Of a DNA stretch of 64,000 nt, positions 23,464 to 36,494 are shown piece after piece. The position numbers and the translations under genes are program-made. Each line of letters opens with the position of its first letter. Position 1 is the first letter of the stretch. The stretch is taken from the NCBI RefSeq assembly GCF_006345805.1, contig NC_043013.1, forward strand, positions 51,646,001 through 51,710,000. Reading direction: 5' to 3'. The notes below the pieces were generated by a model. That model had not been told where the DNA came from. It saw nothing but the letters and a program-made list of their open reading frames with translations, and ran no database searches. This DNA comes from Octopus sinensis (lineage: Eukaryota).

Positions 23464-23979
23464 TTGGTTGGTTTCTCCAGTCACACTTTGCATTTTGTTT
23501 GAGATAGGGAGGCGGGAAAGAGTAAAAGAGAGAAACAGAGAAGTAATGTAAGGAGTACAGGATGAGTGCACATAGTAGGCTTGGTTGCAGACAATGACTA
23601 AAGGAGCAGTGAGATAGAAAAGAATCATTGAGACAGAGGTGGAAGAAGGGGAGATGGAGAGGGAGCAAAACACAGTAGTTTTGGAAGGAGTTACACAAAA
23701 TGAGAAAATTCTTTTCTCTTGAAAATTAGAATTTCATTTCACCATTTCATGTAAGGATCGAGAAATTTGATAGAAGCTGAATTATAACTATTGTGCGTAT
23801 TCCATATTCCCTGTTATTGCCCATGGTATCAAAATTATTCTTCCAAAGTTAACCATTAAATGATGGGTAACACTAGAATATTTGACATTGATTTCAAATT
23901 TTTGGAGCAGGGTCAGTAATTTTTTTTGGGGGGGAGGGGGTTATGACCCCACTCCTCAACTGGTGGTGTCTGTCTATAT

Positions 23980-24340
23980 GTGCAGGAGTGGCTGTGTGGT
24001 AAGAAGCTTGCTTCCCAACCACATGGTTCTTGGCACCTTGGGCAAGTGTCTTCTTTTGTAGCCTCGGGCCAACCAAAACCTTGTGAGTGGATTTGGTAGA
24101 AGGAAACTGAAAGAAGCCTGTCGTATTGTGTGTGTTTGTTATTTGTGTCTGTCCCCCCCCCCCCACTATTGCTTGACAACTGATGTCAGTGTGTTTATGT
24201 ACCCTTAACTTAGCAGTTCAGCAAAAGAGACTGATAGAATAAGTACTACGCTTACAAAGAATAAGTCCTGGGGTTGATTTGTTTGACTAAAGGTGGTGCT
24301 CCATCATGGCTGCAGTCAAATGACTGAAACGATTAACAGA
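23980..24340 (+). mobile_element. SINE family A copy
   Basis: Colinear with 30719-31143, with an internal deletion in the head. Confidence 0.8.
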
Positions 24341-24928
24341 AAGAAGAGAATATACATATCACCTCCTGCAATGCCCCTCTCCTCTTGAAAGTTTTTTCTT
24401 TTTGTCTTGCAAGTACTTGGTGACTCTGTCAGTGCAGGTACCTCTTAAAAGCACCCTGTCCACACTGTAAAGTGATTGGTATTCGTAAGGGCACCCAGCT
24501 GTAAAAACTTTGCCAAAACTGACCCTGCCTGTGCTTGTGCCACGTAAGAAGCACTGAGTCCACCCTGCTGGGTTGTTGGTGTTGGGAAGGGCATCCAGCT
24601 GGAAAAACCCTGCCAAAGCAGTTACAGAGGTCTGGTGCAGGCCTCTGCCTGGCCAGCTCTTGTCAAACTGTTCCATCCATGCCAGCATAGAAGACATTAA
24701 ACGATGACGATGATTATAAATACATATATGTGAAACATCTCCAAGCGGCATGTATACAAACATACACAGATGCACACACGTATACACACACGCACACACA
24801 CATCTGAAGGCTGTAAGGGAAGGTTTATGACAGTGAAGTCGCACATTTGGATAAATAAATAAGCTATTACACATATTGATTTCCCTCTTTTTCTTATGTT
24901 TCATACTCAAAAGGAGTGTATTTGCACT

Positions 24929-24977
<49 letters not shown>

Positions 24978-25808
24978 CGCATGTATTTGTACATATTGTG
25001 TATGTGTTTAAAAAGTCCTCCATTTATTGTTGTTATTCCAAGTAATTTGTCTGTAAGTAACCTCAGCTCTTCTTCATCACCCCTTTCTTTCTACAGACAT
25101 TTCAACATTAAGTTACACCATGACAGACAGACAGACACAGAATCACAAATTGTGTGTGTGTGTGTGTGTGTGTGTGTTTGGTTGCTTTACTGGTTGCACC
25201 TTAAATTTCTGTTTGTTAATGGTTAAGAATTATGATGACTAATAGAATAGCACCGAAAGAGAAGATATAATAACTCTTATTCATGATATTAATTCTTGCT
25301 CTATAAAATCCCAAACGTGTTGACATATATGGATGTCCTGGCCAAGCTGGATTTCAATATGGAAAAGTTATATAAAAAGAAGGGGAGTGTAAATACATTT
25401 GCAATATTTTTGTATTTAGGGAGAGATCATGTTCTGTTGCAAAGCAATATTGTATCGCCACTTGGTGCTCGTGCATAGTTAATATAGGAAAGTGTGTGGG
25501 GTTAGTGTGACGCATGTATTAACATTTCGTAAAGTTTACAACATGCAAATTTATAATAAAAAAAAAATGTCAACATCTGGGCCCACATGCAGCAATGTAC
25601 CAATATCTTAGTCATATGTGTGCGTGTGCATGTGTATACCTGTGTAATGATGAATTTGAGGGGGAGAAACCCTGTATGTATGTTTGTGTGTGTGTATATA
25701 TGTATACATAAAATAAAGATAAAAATCATGTTAATGATAATTATCTGGTAGACAGCATGGAAATAAACAATTTATATATTAAAATAATTATATATATATA
25801 TCTATATA

Positions 25809-25842
<34 letters not shown>

Positions 25843-25892
25843 AAAAAGGAGATGTGGAACACGAGTTGTGATATATATATATATATAAAAAA

Positions 25893-26111
25893 AAAGGAAA
25901 TGAAGAAAATGCTGACAAAATAATTTAAGTAAGGGAGAGTGTATTTAATTAGGTGATAAGAGAAAAAATCAATCAGAAAGGAACTCTCTCTCTCTTAAAA
26001 AAATATCTTTGATAAGCATAACAAATGCGCAACCGGTAAAAAGAACTTTCACCTAATTAAATACACTCTCCCTTACTTAAATTATTTTGTCAGCATTTTC
26101 TTCATTTCCTT

Positions 26112-26112
<1 letters not shown>
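25893..26112. repeat. Perfect 64-bp inverted repeat between TA microsatellites
   Basis: 25893-25956 is the exact reverse complement of 26049-26112. Confidence 0.95.
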
Positions 26113-26160
<48 letters not shown>

Positions 26161-26351
26161 TATATATATAATCTGGAACTCGACTGACGAAAGAAAACTC
26201 CGAATAACCCGTCCTTGTTTTTTCTTGTCCCTTTTTGTATCATCTGTCTAGATGTTTTGTTGTTGCCTGTTGTGTTCTTGTCCCATTTTTTGTATTCTTT
26301 TATATATATACATATATACATTTGCAAAGGTTTTATACACACACATAAAAA

Positions 26352-26790
26352 AAATCGAAATCAAATTCGATGACTGGCATCCGTGCTAGTGGAGCGCTAA
26401 GAGTACCATACAAGTGAGATCGTTGCCAGAGCAAAAAGCTGGCCTCCGTGCCGATGGCATGTAAAACACCATTCGAGCGTGATCGTTACCTGCGTTGCCT
26501 TACTAGCACTTGTGCTGGTGGCACGTGTAAAAAACATTCAAGCGAAGTCATTTCCAGTGCCGCTGGACTGGCTCCTGTGCAGGTGGCACATAAAAAGCAC
26601 CATTTGAGCGTGGCTGTTTCCAGTACCTAACTGGCCCTCGTGACGGTAGCATGTAGGCGTTAGGAAGAGCATCCAGCTGTAGAAACTCTGCCATATCAGA
26701 TTGGAGTCTGGTGCAGCATCTGGTTCGCCAGACCTCAGTCAAATCATCCAACCCATGCTAGCACGGAAAGCGGATGTTAAATAATGATGA
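26352..26790 (+). mobile_element. RTE-like 3' UTR fragment with ~55-60-bp units and (GAT)n tail
   Basis: GGTGGCACGTAAAA-type units, then GGAAG(A/G)GCATCCAGCTGTAGAAAC...CCATGCTAGCA(C/T)GGAAAGCGG..TAATGATGATGAT. Confidence 0.65.
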
Positions 26791-27556
26791 TGATATACAC
26801 ACATCATCATCATTTAATGTTGCATACTGCCATGGGTTGAACTGGATCCACTGTTTCCAAGGACTGCATTGAGCTCCAGTGTCTGTTTTGACATGGTTTT
26901 CAAGGTTGGATGCCCTTCTTAATGCCAACCACTTTATATCATGGACTAATATATAGCGGTTCCCTCTTATATTTGAGATTATCACCTGGGACTTCAATTT
27001 TTAAATTTGTCATCGGCAACCTCGTTTACTTCATTGTCAGGCTTGATTATGTTCTTGATGCCACCGTCAAAAAGAGTCAACTTTTTTTATTATTTTATGA
27101 ACAGTCACCGTCATCAGTGAGTACTTGCCAAAGAAATGTAAACATTATAAAATTTCTGTAAAGAATTACAAGTTTTGTATAATGAGAATTGTCACACCAT
27201 ACCATATGGTGAATGCAAATAGGCACACATTTAGTGCATTAGATGAAAAAACTATTGTACAATATCTATTTCTTTACTACCCACAAGGGGCTAAATATAG
27301 AGGGGACAAACAAGGACAAACAAAGGGATTAAGTCGATTACATCGACCCCAGTGCGAAACTGATACTTTATTTATTGACCCCGAAAGGATGAAAGGCAAA
27401 GTCAGTATCATCATTATTTAACATCTGTTTTCCATGGTGGCATGGGTTAGACTTGAACTAATATATATATATATACATACATACATACATACATGTGATT
27501 CATGTTGGACGGGTATGTTCAGTTTTTTAGTGCTTTCAAATCCAAATTAAGAAATG

Positions 27557-27619
27557 TTGAGCTGACGAAAGAAATGTCGAGTTTTAATTCGGCTAATCTA
27601 GAAACGCGAGCGTTCTCAA
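27557..27619 (+). ncRNA. Type I hammerhead motif
   Basis: TTGAG-CTGACGA-AAGA..GTCGAGT(TTTA)ATTCGGC..TCTA-GAAA-CGC(GA)GCG-TT-CTCAA. Stem I has 5 bp and stem III has 4 bp. Confidence 0.75.
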
Positions 27620-28284
27620 ATAATCTTTGTACATGTGATATTTTGGTGTTTTCCCTCCATATGTACGTGAATTATTTCTGAATAAACACTATCTGGGAGA
27701 CTCTTCTTAAAGTAGTAGAAATGGCTAAAAAAACTTTTTGGCTGCTATTTCTAAAAATTTCTGTATGTGGCAAAGTAAATTATTTTACTGAGCCCTAATT
27801 ATATAACGTAATATTTTAAATACGCCTTGAATGGTCCTTTTACATACTGAACAAGACTTGGTGAAATTAATTAATAATTAATTGATTTTACCCTTAATCA
27901 TTGATATATATATATGTATATGTATGTATGTATGTATATTATCATCATCATCCAGTGTTTTAAATCTGAGTTTTGTCCCTGTTAACGAGGGGTGGGGGGA
28001 ATCAGATCTACCACAATGCCATAGCAACCAAGGTAGGTAGGTGCAGCCCACCCCAACCTTTGGACTGGCTAGTGCCCCTTCTCCTTTGCTATCATGAAGC
28101 TTTTTTGGAGCTGGATTTTCTACAGGGAGCATGCCCTTGCTTACCCCCCAACCTCAGTTTCTAGGCACGTGTGGTCCCAAGACCAAGGCTTCTACCAAGA
28201 TTTTTAAGAAATATGGTGGAAAACTAACTCAGGAAGGCAGGGACGCTACTCCCTGAGGTCCCTTTCGGAGACCCACTACCTCAT

Positions 28285-28350
<66 letters not shown>

Positions 28351-29297
28351 TGTAGTATAGTGTAGGATTAACCCATTAAACAAAAAAGCACGTGCTTAGG
28401 ACATCATGGGACGGGGGCACCACAGAAATGAAAATGGTTTACGTTGCAAAAGAAATCAGTTTAAACTTGCTAAAATAATATTCATAATGCCTTACCTCCA
28501 TTAAGTATAGAAGCAGTAGTTTTACATAGAATTAATTTTAATGATATCATTGAACACTTTGCAATTAAAAAAAACAAAAAAAAAACAAAGAGAAAACTAT
28601 TCAAATACAAATAAAGTTGAAGCATACAAAAATAAACCATGAATTTTGTTTCATTTTGAAGAATAAAAATTTATTTTATGGTTTATTATTGTTTACATTT
28701 TGAATTATTTTTGTTTACATTTTGAAGCATTTACATATACTTGAGGGCTCCAAAACCTTTTAAGTGCTTAGAGCCTCTATGGGTCTTAATTTGGCCCTGA
28801 TACTGTGCAACAGTGACAGAGATGAATAACATCAGTTTAAACTTCCATTAATTTTTCCCATTTAACTCTTTTAACATCTTGAAATATCCAGAAGAATCGT
28901 CTCTGGTAGTAATCAATATATGTATTTATTGTTTAAATACATACTATACACTACACATACAATAAACATGAATATATATATATATAATAAACATGTATAT
29001 ATATATATATATATATACATGTTGGGTGGCACGTAAAAAGCACCCACTACACTCACGGAGTGGTTGGCATTAGGAAGGGCATCCAGCCGTAGAAACACTG
29101 CTAGATCAGACTGGGCCTGATGCAGCCTTCTGGCTTCCCTGACTCCAGTTGAACCGTCCAACCCATGCTAGCATGGAAAGCGGACGCTAAACGATGATGA
29201 TGATGATATATATACATGCACATATACATGCACATACATATACACACATGTGACATATGCATACACACATGAAATACACACACACCACACACATATA

Positions 29298-29333
<36 letters not shown>

Positions 29334-30229
29334 CATAGATATATACACACAGGTGTAATTCATATATATAAATGCACACATATGTAATAAAATATATATG
29401 TACACAGACATTTAAATCATATATAGATATATATATATATATATCATCATCATCATTATCGTTTAACATCTGCCTTCCATGCTGGCATGGGTGGGTGGGT
29501 ATATATATATATATATACACATACACTCACACATACATGCACTTACACGCAAACACGTATATACATATATATATATATATATCCAATATGTAGAGGAGGG
29601 GATGGAGAAGAAAAGAGAGGTGCGAGAGTGATATACATAGAAAAATGTGGAAGTCTATGGGTAGGTAGGTGTGTTGGCTTCATGGATGGGTGGGTAAAAG
29701 TGTGGGTAGGTGAGTTGATGTATATTGAAAGACAACAGTATGGATGGAAGGATCTGGTAAATGGCTGTTTGAATGTTTCCTGATAACTTTATATTGCTTT
29801 ACATACAGCAAAGATAAAGATACGCGACAGGGGTAGGCATTCTTCAGAAATAGAGAAATACGGGTGGTTTGTTATTAGTCTATACTGCTGTGCCGGCTGA
29901 TGTGTGTATGGGGTGGTGGGGTGGCGTTTATATATCCAATCTCCTCTCTTTCTTTCTCTTTCCCCCCCTCTCTTTATCTCTATCTATGTATCTACCACAC
30001 CTCTCCCTCATACTGTCTTGGGTATACATACCCCAACCTTCATCAAATACCGGGTATGAATAGAAGAGCCTACGCATTTATATTACTGGAATGAAATAAG
30101 GGTGCCTGCTGAATTTTAAATTACATACTTTATGGAGGTAGTTGGGGTAGAGAGAAAGAGAAAGCCGGCCAGAGAAAGAAAAAGAATGTCTGAATATATA
30201 TATGTGGTATGTATATGCATGTATGTGTA

Positions 30230-30288
<59 letters not shown>

Positions 30289-30718
30289 TTTTATATATAT
30301 TATTGCTTTAGACTTATAAAAAAAAGGTCTGTTGATCCCTTTTTATGAATACACTTTAAGTGTATTTGACAAATATTTACTGTACACACACACATTTGTA
30401 TGAATGTGTGTGCGTGTCTTTGTCTCGGCGTTGTGTGATAGTTGTAAATGAATGACACAGTCATACAAGCCTTGTCATTCATTCCTGATATTCTGTGGAA
30501 ACATTATGTAGCCATGAGCAAATGTTACCTTGCTTGCAGAACAGGTAAGGTTTGGTGATAGGAAAGGTATTTGAGGCTATAAAAAATCTGCCTCAGTATC
30601 CTCCATCTGCCCCATACAAGCATGGAAAAGTGTATGCTTAAACAATGATATATATATATATATATATATATAAATATATATATATATCATTGTTTAAGCA
30701 TATATATATATATATATA

Positions 30719-31143
30719 GGTGTAGGAGTGGCTGTGTGGTAAGTAGTTTGCTTACGAACCACATGGTTCCGGGTTCAGTCCCACTGTGTGGCACCTTGGG
30801 CAAGTGTCTTCTACTATAGCCTCAGGGCGACCAATGCCTTGTGAGTGGATTGGTAGACGGAAACTGAAAGAAGCCCGTCGTATATATATATACATATGTA
30901 TGTATGTGTGTGTATATGTTTGTGTGTCTGGTCTGTGTTTGTTCCCCCCCCCACACAACATCGCTTGACAACCGATGCTGGTGTGTTTACGTCCCCGTAA
31001 CTTAGCGGTTTGGCAAAAGAGACCAATAGAATAAGTATTTGGCTTCCAAAGAATAAGTCCTGGGGTCGATTTGCTCGACTAAAGGCGGTGCTCCAGCATG
31101 GCCGCAGTCAAATGACTTAAACAAGTAAAAGAGTAAAAAGAGT
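30719..31143 (+). mobile_element. SINE family A, full-length reference-like copy
   Basis: tRNA-like head, central domain, internal (TA)/(TG) microsatellite and tail AAGTAAAAGAGT. Confidence 0.85.
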
Positions 31144-31342
31144 ATATATATAACAGTATTAATAAAATAGATGGAAAAAATTAAATTTATTTAGTACGAC
31201 ACATGTTTCAGCCCGTTCTGGGTCTTTTCGGGTACATAAATAAATAAAATAAATAGAAAAAGTCTCTCTAGAGATTCAGTTTTAGTAGAAGGTAATCGAA
31301 ACTGTGCTCATTATCCACTTATACATTTTGTATAATTTCTCC

Positions 31343-31387
<45 letters not shown>

Positions 31388-32183
31388 CATCATCATCATT
31401 ATTATTTAATGTCTGTTGTCCATACTGGCATGGGTTGGCCAGTTTGACTAGGTTGGAAGGCTGCACCAGACTCCAGTCTGATTTGGCATGGTTTTCTACA
31501 GCTGGATGCCCTTCCTAACACTAACCACTCCAAGAGTGTAATGGGTGTTTTTATGTGCCACCAGCATGGGTACGATTTGTGTGACACCAGGGTGCATTTG
31601 CATGACAATTTTTGCGACACCAGTATCTGCCATAACTATGATTTTGCCAAAAGTCTTGGTCATTGCCTCTGTGAGGCCCAACACTCGAAAGGAACTCAGC
31701 CACTTTGCCTCTGTGACGCCCAATGCTTGAAATGAACTCAGCCGCCTTGCCTCCTTGCGGCTATATATATAGTAAAGGAGAGGTGTGTCTAATGCTAATG
31801 TGATGTCACACGCACAAGCACACATGTATATATAATATGAACAATACCAAACACACATACACAAAGTATGTGTTTTGTCAGTTCGAGGGCAGGCTGCGAT
31901 TATAGGCATAAGACAATATATTCTCATCAAAACACCTGGAAGTCATAGACAAGTGAGATGACTCGCATCAGGTCCTGTAACATGGTGATAGGCATTAATG
32001 TTTCATCATTTTTGAAGTGACAAGTCACAAACTGATAAAACACATACCTTGTGTTATATATTCAAAAGGAAAAAAATCACCAACAATTCACATGTGGTTA
32101 CAATTTGAAATATATATATATCATCATTGTTTAACCTCCATCTTTCATGCATGCAGGGGTAGGACAAAATATATGTATGTATG

Positions 32184-32215
<32 letters not shown>

Positions 32216-33310
32216 ATATAATTATATATATTATATATATATATATGTGTGTGGGTGTGGGGTGTGGTAAGAAGCTTGCTTTCCAACCATATGGTTTGAT
32301 GTTCAGTCCCACTGCATGTCACCTTGGGCGGGTATCAGGTATCTTCTACTGTACCCTTGAATTTGTTAGATGGAAACTGAAGGAAGCCCATCATATATAC
32401 GTGTGTATGTCTTTGTGTCTGTGTTCATCCCTCACCACTGCTTGACAACCGATGTTGGTGTGTCTACATTCCTGTAACTTAGCAGTTTGTCAAAAGAGCT
32501 CGATTAAATAACTTACCAAGCTTAAAAATAAGTTGTGGGGTCGATTCATTCAATTAAAAAGTAAAAGATAAAGACTAGATAAAATATATATATATGTATG
32601 ACTGACTGTACACTGATCACATTAGTACTGCCTGTTATTAAGGGGCAGCAATGAATTGTAACATCACTTCATCCTGATGATGAGGCTGAGATAGTCTAGA
32701 AACATTAATGATGGATTTTGGTATTTGCTGTTCCAAAGAAACTGCAAATAAGTCATGAAAAAATGGGGCGGGTGGGAGGAAATAACCATCATAAAATATA
32801 CATTACTGCAGAACTGTTGTATTTGCAATACGTGATATGCGTCTGTCCACCTGTCTGTCTGTGTCTGTCTGTCTGTCTGTCCATCCATCCATGCATACAT
32901 GTTTCTTTCTGAATGCAGACAAATACAAACATTGGCACATATGTATGCAGGTAACGTGTGTGTGTGTGTGTGTGTGTGTGTGGTTCTTAATTCTAATTCT
33001 CTCCCACATCTATTATAAGATGTCTGTAAAACTACTGCAAGTCTTCATTTGTCCTCTCACCTACCCAGCCATCACACTGTCTGTCTGACTTACATGTATG
33101 TATATATCTATATACACACACACACATACACACAAGCATATACATAATACATATAAAGACATGTGGGGAGAGAGGAGAGAGAGACATAGATAGATAGACA
33201 GATAGATAATGGTGGCTGCTTTTCCCTTTTATTTCTCCTTTTCTTACAAATCTTCTACTTTCAGAAAATCTCTTGAGATTTTTTTTAACTTTTTCTAAAA
33301 TGTTATCATT

Positions 33311-33360
<50 letters not shown>

Positions 33361-33411
33361 ACATATATATTTATTTATTATGCACACGCATATATGCACA
33401 AACACACATAC

Positions 33412-33443
<32 letters not shown>

Positions 33444-33839
33444 GTGCTCACATATAAATATGTATAGATGAGCACACATTGGGACTTTCTTTATAGTTTA
33501 ACGTTGAATGCAGCATTTCCTGTGAAGACATCCTGTATATTGCTCCTGATATATATGTGTGTTCATCCAAGCGTGGATATATATATATCTACATTCACAT
33601 CATAGATGCTTGCATACATACATGCACAAACACACGCACACACATATACACATGTGTACGTATCTTTTCTCTGATATTAAACTTGATGTTTAAAAATAAA
33701 AAATAAAAACCTTGTCTTGTGTGACATCACTGCATTGATGTTGGTCTTGTCTTTGAATGGATTCAAGAGTAGGAATTGGTAGGTGAACAGGTAGGTAGGT
33801 CGGTAGTGGGGTAGACAGTTAGGGGTGTGTAGGTAGATA

Positions 33840-33964
33840 CGTAGATAGATAAATAAATAGATAGGTGGATGGATGGATGGACGGATAGATAGATAGATAC
33901 AGATAGACAAGTAGATAGGTAGATTGATAGATAAATGCAGATAGACAGGTAGATAGATAGATGC

Positions 33965-33996
<32 letters not shown>

Positions 33997-34315
33997 GCAG
34001 ATAGACAGATAGATAGATAGATGCAGATAGACAGATAGATAGATAGATGCAGATAGACAGATAGATAGATAAATGTAGATAGATAGATAGATAGATAGAT
34101 GCAGATAGACAGGTAGATAGATAGATAGTAGATAGATAGATAGATAGATGCAGATAGACAGGTAGATAGATAGATAGATAGATGCAGATAGACAGATAGA
34201 TAGATAGATACAGATAGATAGATAAATGCAGATAGATGGATAGATAGATAGATAGATAGATGCAGATAGACAGGTAGATAGGTAGATTGATAGATAAATG
34301 CAGATAGATAGTTAA

Positions 34316-34349
<34 letters not shown>

Positions 34350-34400
34350 GCTGATAGATAGATGGTTACATACATACATCTAGATAGATACAGATAGATA
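33840..34400. repeat. (GATA)n compound microsatellite
   Basis: Seen directly; it explains the 246-aa IYLS ORF. Confidence 0.95.
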
Positions 34401-35184
34401 TAGATAAATGCATACATACATACAGATAAATATATATAGATAGGTAGATACAGATAGATTTACAGGTAGACAACTAGGTATATAGACAGCTGTGGTTGTG
34501 GTATGATTGTTACAGTGTAACTGGTAAGGCAGCATTTAGGTGACGGGGTGGGTGGTGGTGGTGATGTTTTATTAATTTCGGTTATTGTGAAGTCTCCTGT
34601 TTAATGTCCACATCCATGTCCTGCGTGTGTGTGTGTAAGTGTACAGTGCATGTGTGCGTGTGTATTATGTATGTACTTCTTTGTATACGTGTATGTATAT
34701 ACATGTATATGTCTGTGTAATGCATGTGTTTGATGTATGTATTTATGTATCTGTCTTTCACTCTCTCTCTTTTTCACACACACACAAGAGGACTGTTTGG
34801 AAAGAAACCAAATTTCTTGAAAAACAAATTTATTGCTTTCTTTACAATTTAATCAGTTTTGTACCCTTTAAAACTACCTCCCTATGCTGTTGATACACTG
34901 CTCCCAATGGTCTTAACCAATTTTGGAATTCATTTCCAGAAGGAATACTAACTTCTTGGAGCAGATTTTCTTTAATCTCTTCCGAAATTGGTGTCATATC
35001 AGCATCACCACCAATACTCCTACCTCCTCCACCTCTTTAATACCCATCTTCCATGCTGGCATGGCTGGATGGTTTAACAGGATCCAACAGTTCCCAGGGC
35101 TACATCCTAGTCCAGTGTCTCTCTGGCATGCTTTCTATGGTTGGATGCCCTTCCTAATGTCAACCCCTTTACAAAGTGTGAAAA

Positions 35185-35639
35185 GGGTAAAGACCCCCTT
35201 TGGTGATAAATGACCATGGGATTGCACCTAGTAAGTTCCTCTCCAAGGCACAAGTCCAGGCAAGGTTGTTTATGGAAGACCAGCAGTTTCTCATGCATAC
35301 CAGCTTCACCCACTCCATGCCATTATATATAAATAGGGTAATGTGTAAAGACCCCCTTTGGTCATGAGTGACCATGGGGTTGCACCTAGAAAATTTCTCT
35401 CCAAGGCACAAGTCCAGCTTCTCCTCTCCATGCCACTGATGTTATCCAAAGGAAAGGCAAAGGCCAATACAGCTTGGCACCAGTGATGTCACAACTCATT
35501 TCTACAGCTGAGTGAACTGGAGCAACGTGAAATAAAGTGTCTTGCTCAAGAACACAACATCCAGCCCAGTCTAGGAATTGAACTCACCACCTCGTGATTG
35601 TAAGCCTGATGCTCTAACCACTGAGCCATCTGCCTTCAC
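35185..35639 (-). mobile_element. SINE with family-B head and an alternative, partly duplicated tail
   Basis: 35495-35639 matches 3470-3609. The tail matches 55478-55790 and is repeated at ~35185 and ~35347. Confidence 0.65.
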
Positions 35640-36494
35640 AAAGTGTATTAAATATATTTTATGTGGTACTGACAAACTGGATTTCAGATTTGGGAATTAA
35701 AAAGTTAGTCTGCTGCTACCACATCTGGAAAATAGCTTGGGTAGGGTACGGTTCCTAAAATCACCTCATGCTTTACCAAAAAGTCTCAGATGAAGACTGA
35801 TGAATGAGCACACGTATTATCATGGGGCAGCATCCAGGTTTTACTCATACATACCTATTTCTTTACTACCCACAAGGGGCTAAACACAGAGAGGACAAAC
35901 AAGGACAGACAAAGAGATTAAGTCGATTATATCGACCCCAGTGCGTAACTGGTACATAATTTATTGACCCTTAATTTATTGGCTTTGTCTTGTCAGAAGT
36001 TTGACTTTTGACACAAGATATCATCATATATTAATATATAGTAGTACTGCAGTAAGGTCATATTTCTTTCATAAAAGAGCATCTATATATATATATATAT
36101 GTATTCTCGCCTTCCTTAACTAATTAAATAATGGCTTCCGAGCACAAAAGACACACTTCTTATTTGTTATTTTTCCTCCATTTTCCTATCGTCTCTCTCT
36201 ATATATATGTACTATGTTATATCTCTCCCCACCACTACACTCTCAATAACACTATAAAAAGAGTCAAAAATTCCTGCAAGAACTTAGTTCAATTTGACAA
36301 CTCCACTAGAATGGACGAAAGCGCTAATATATGATCTAGGTTATATGATGTATAAAAACATGTAACATACAAATAAATATCTGCAAATATAAAACCATCT
36401 GAATTTCTGAGTACTTCATTTCTTCTAATATATAATACCTGTACATCATCTCCAAACCTATATATATATATATATATATTACATAAATATATAT

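Noticed and set aside
26181-26213. CTGACGA...CCGAAT...GTC hammerhead-like string (similar weak cases near 8680-8725, 12226-12260, 50764-50800)
   Set aside because: GAAA or the stems are too degenerate to call by eye.
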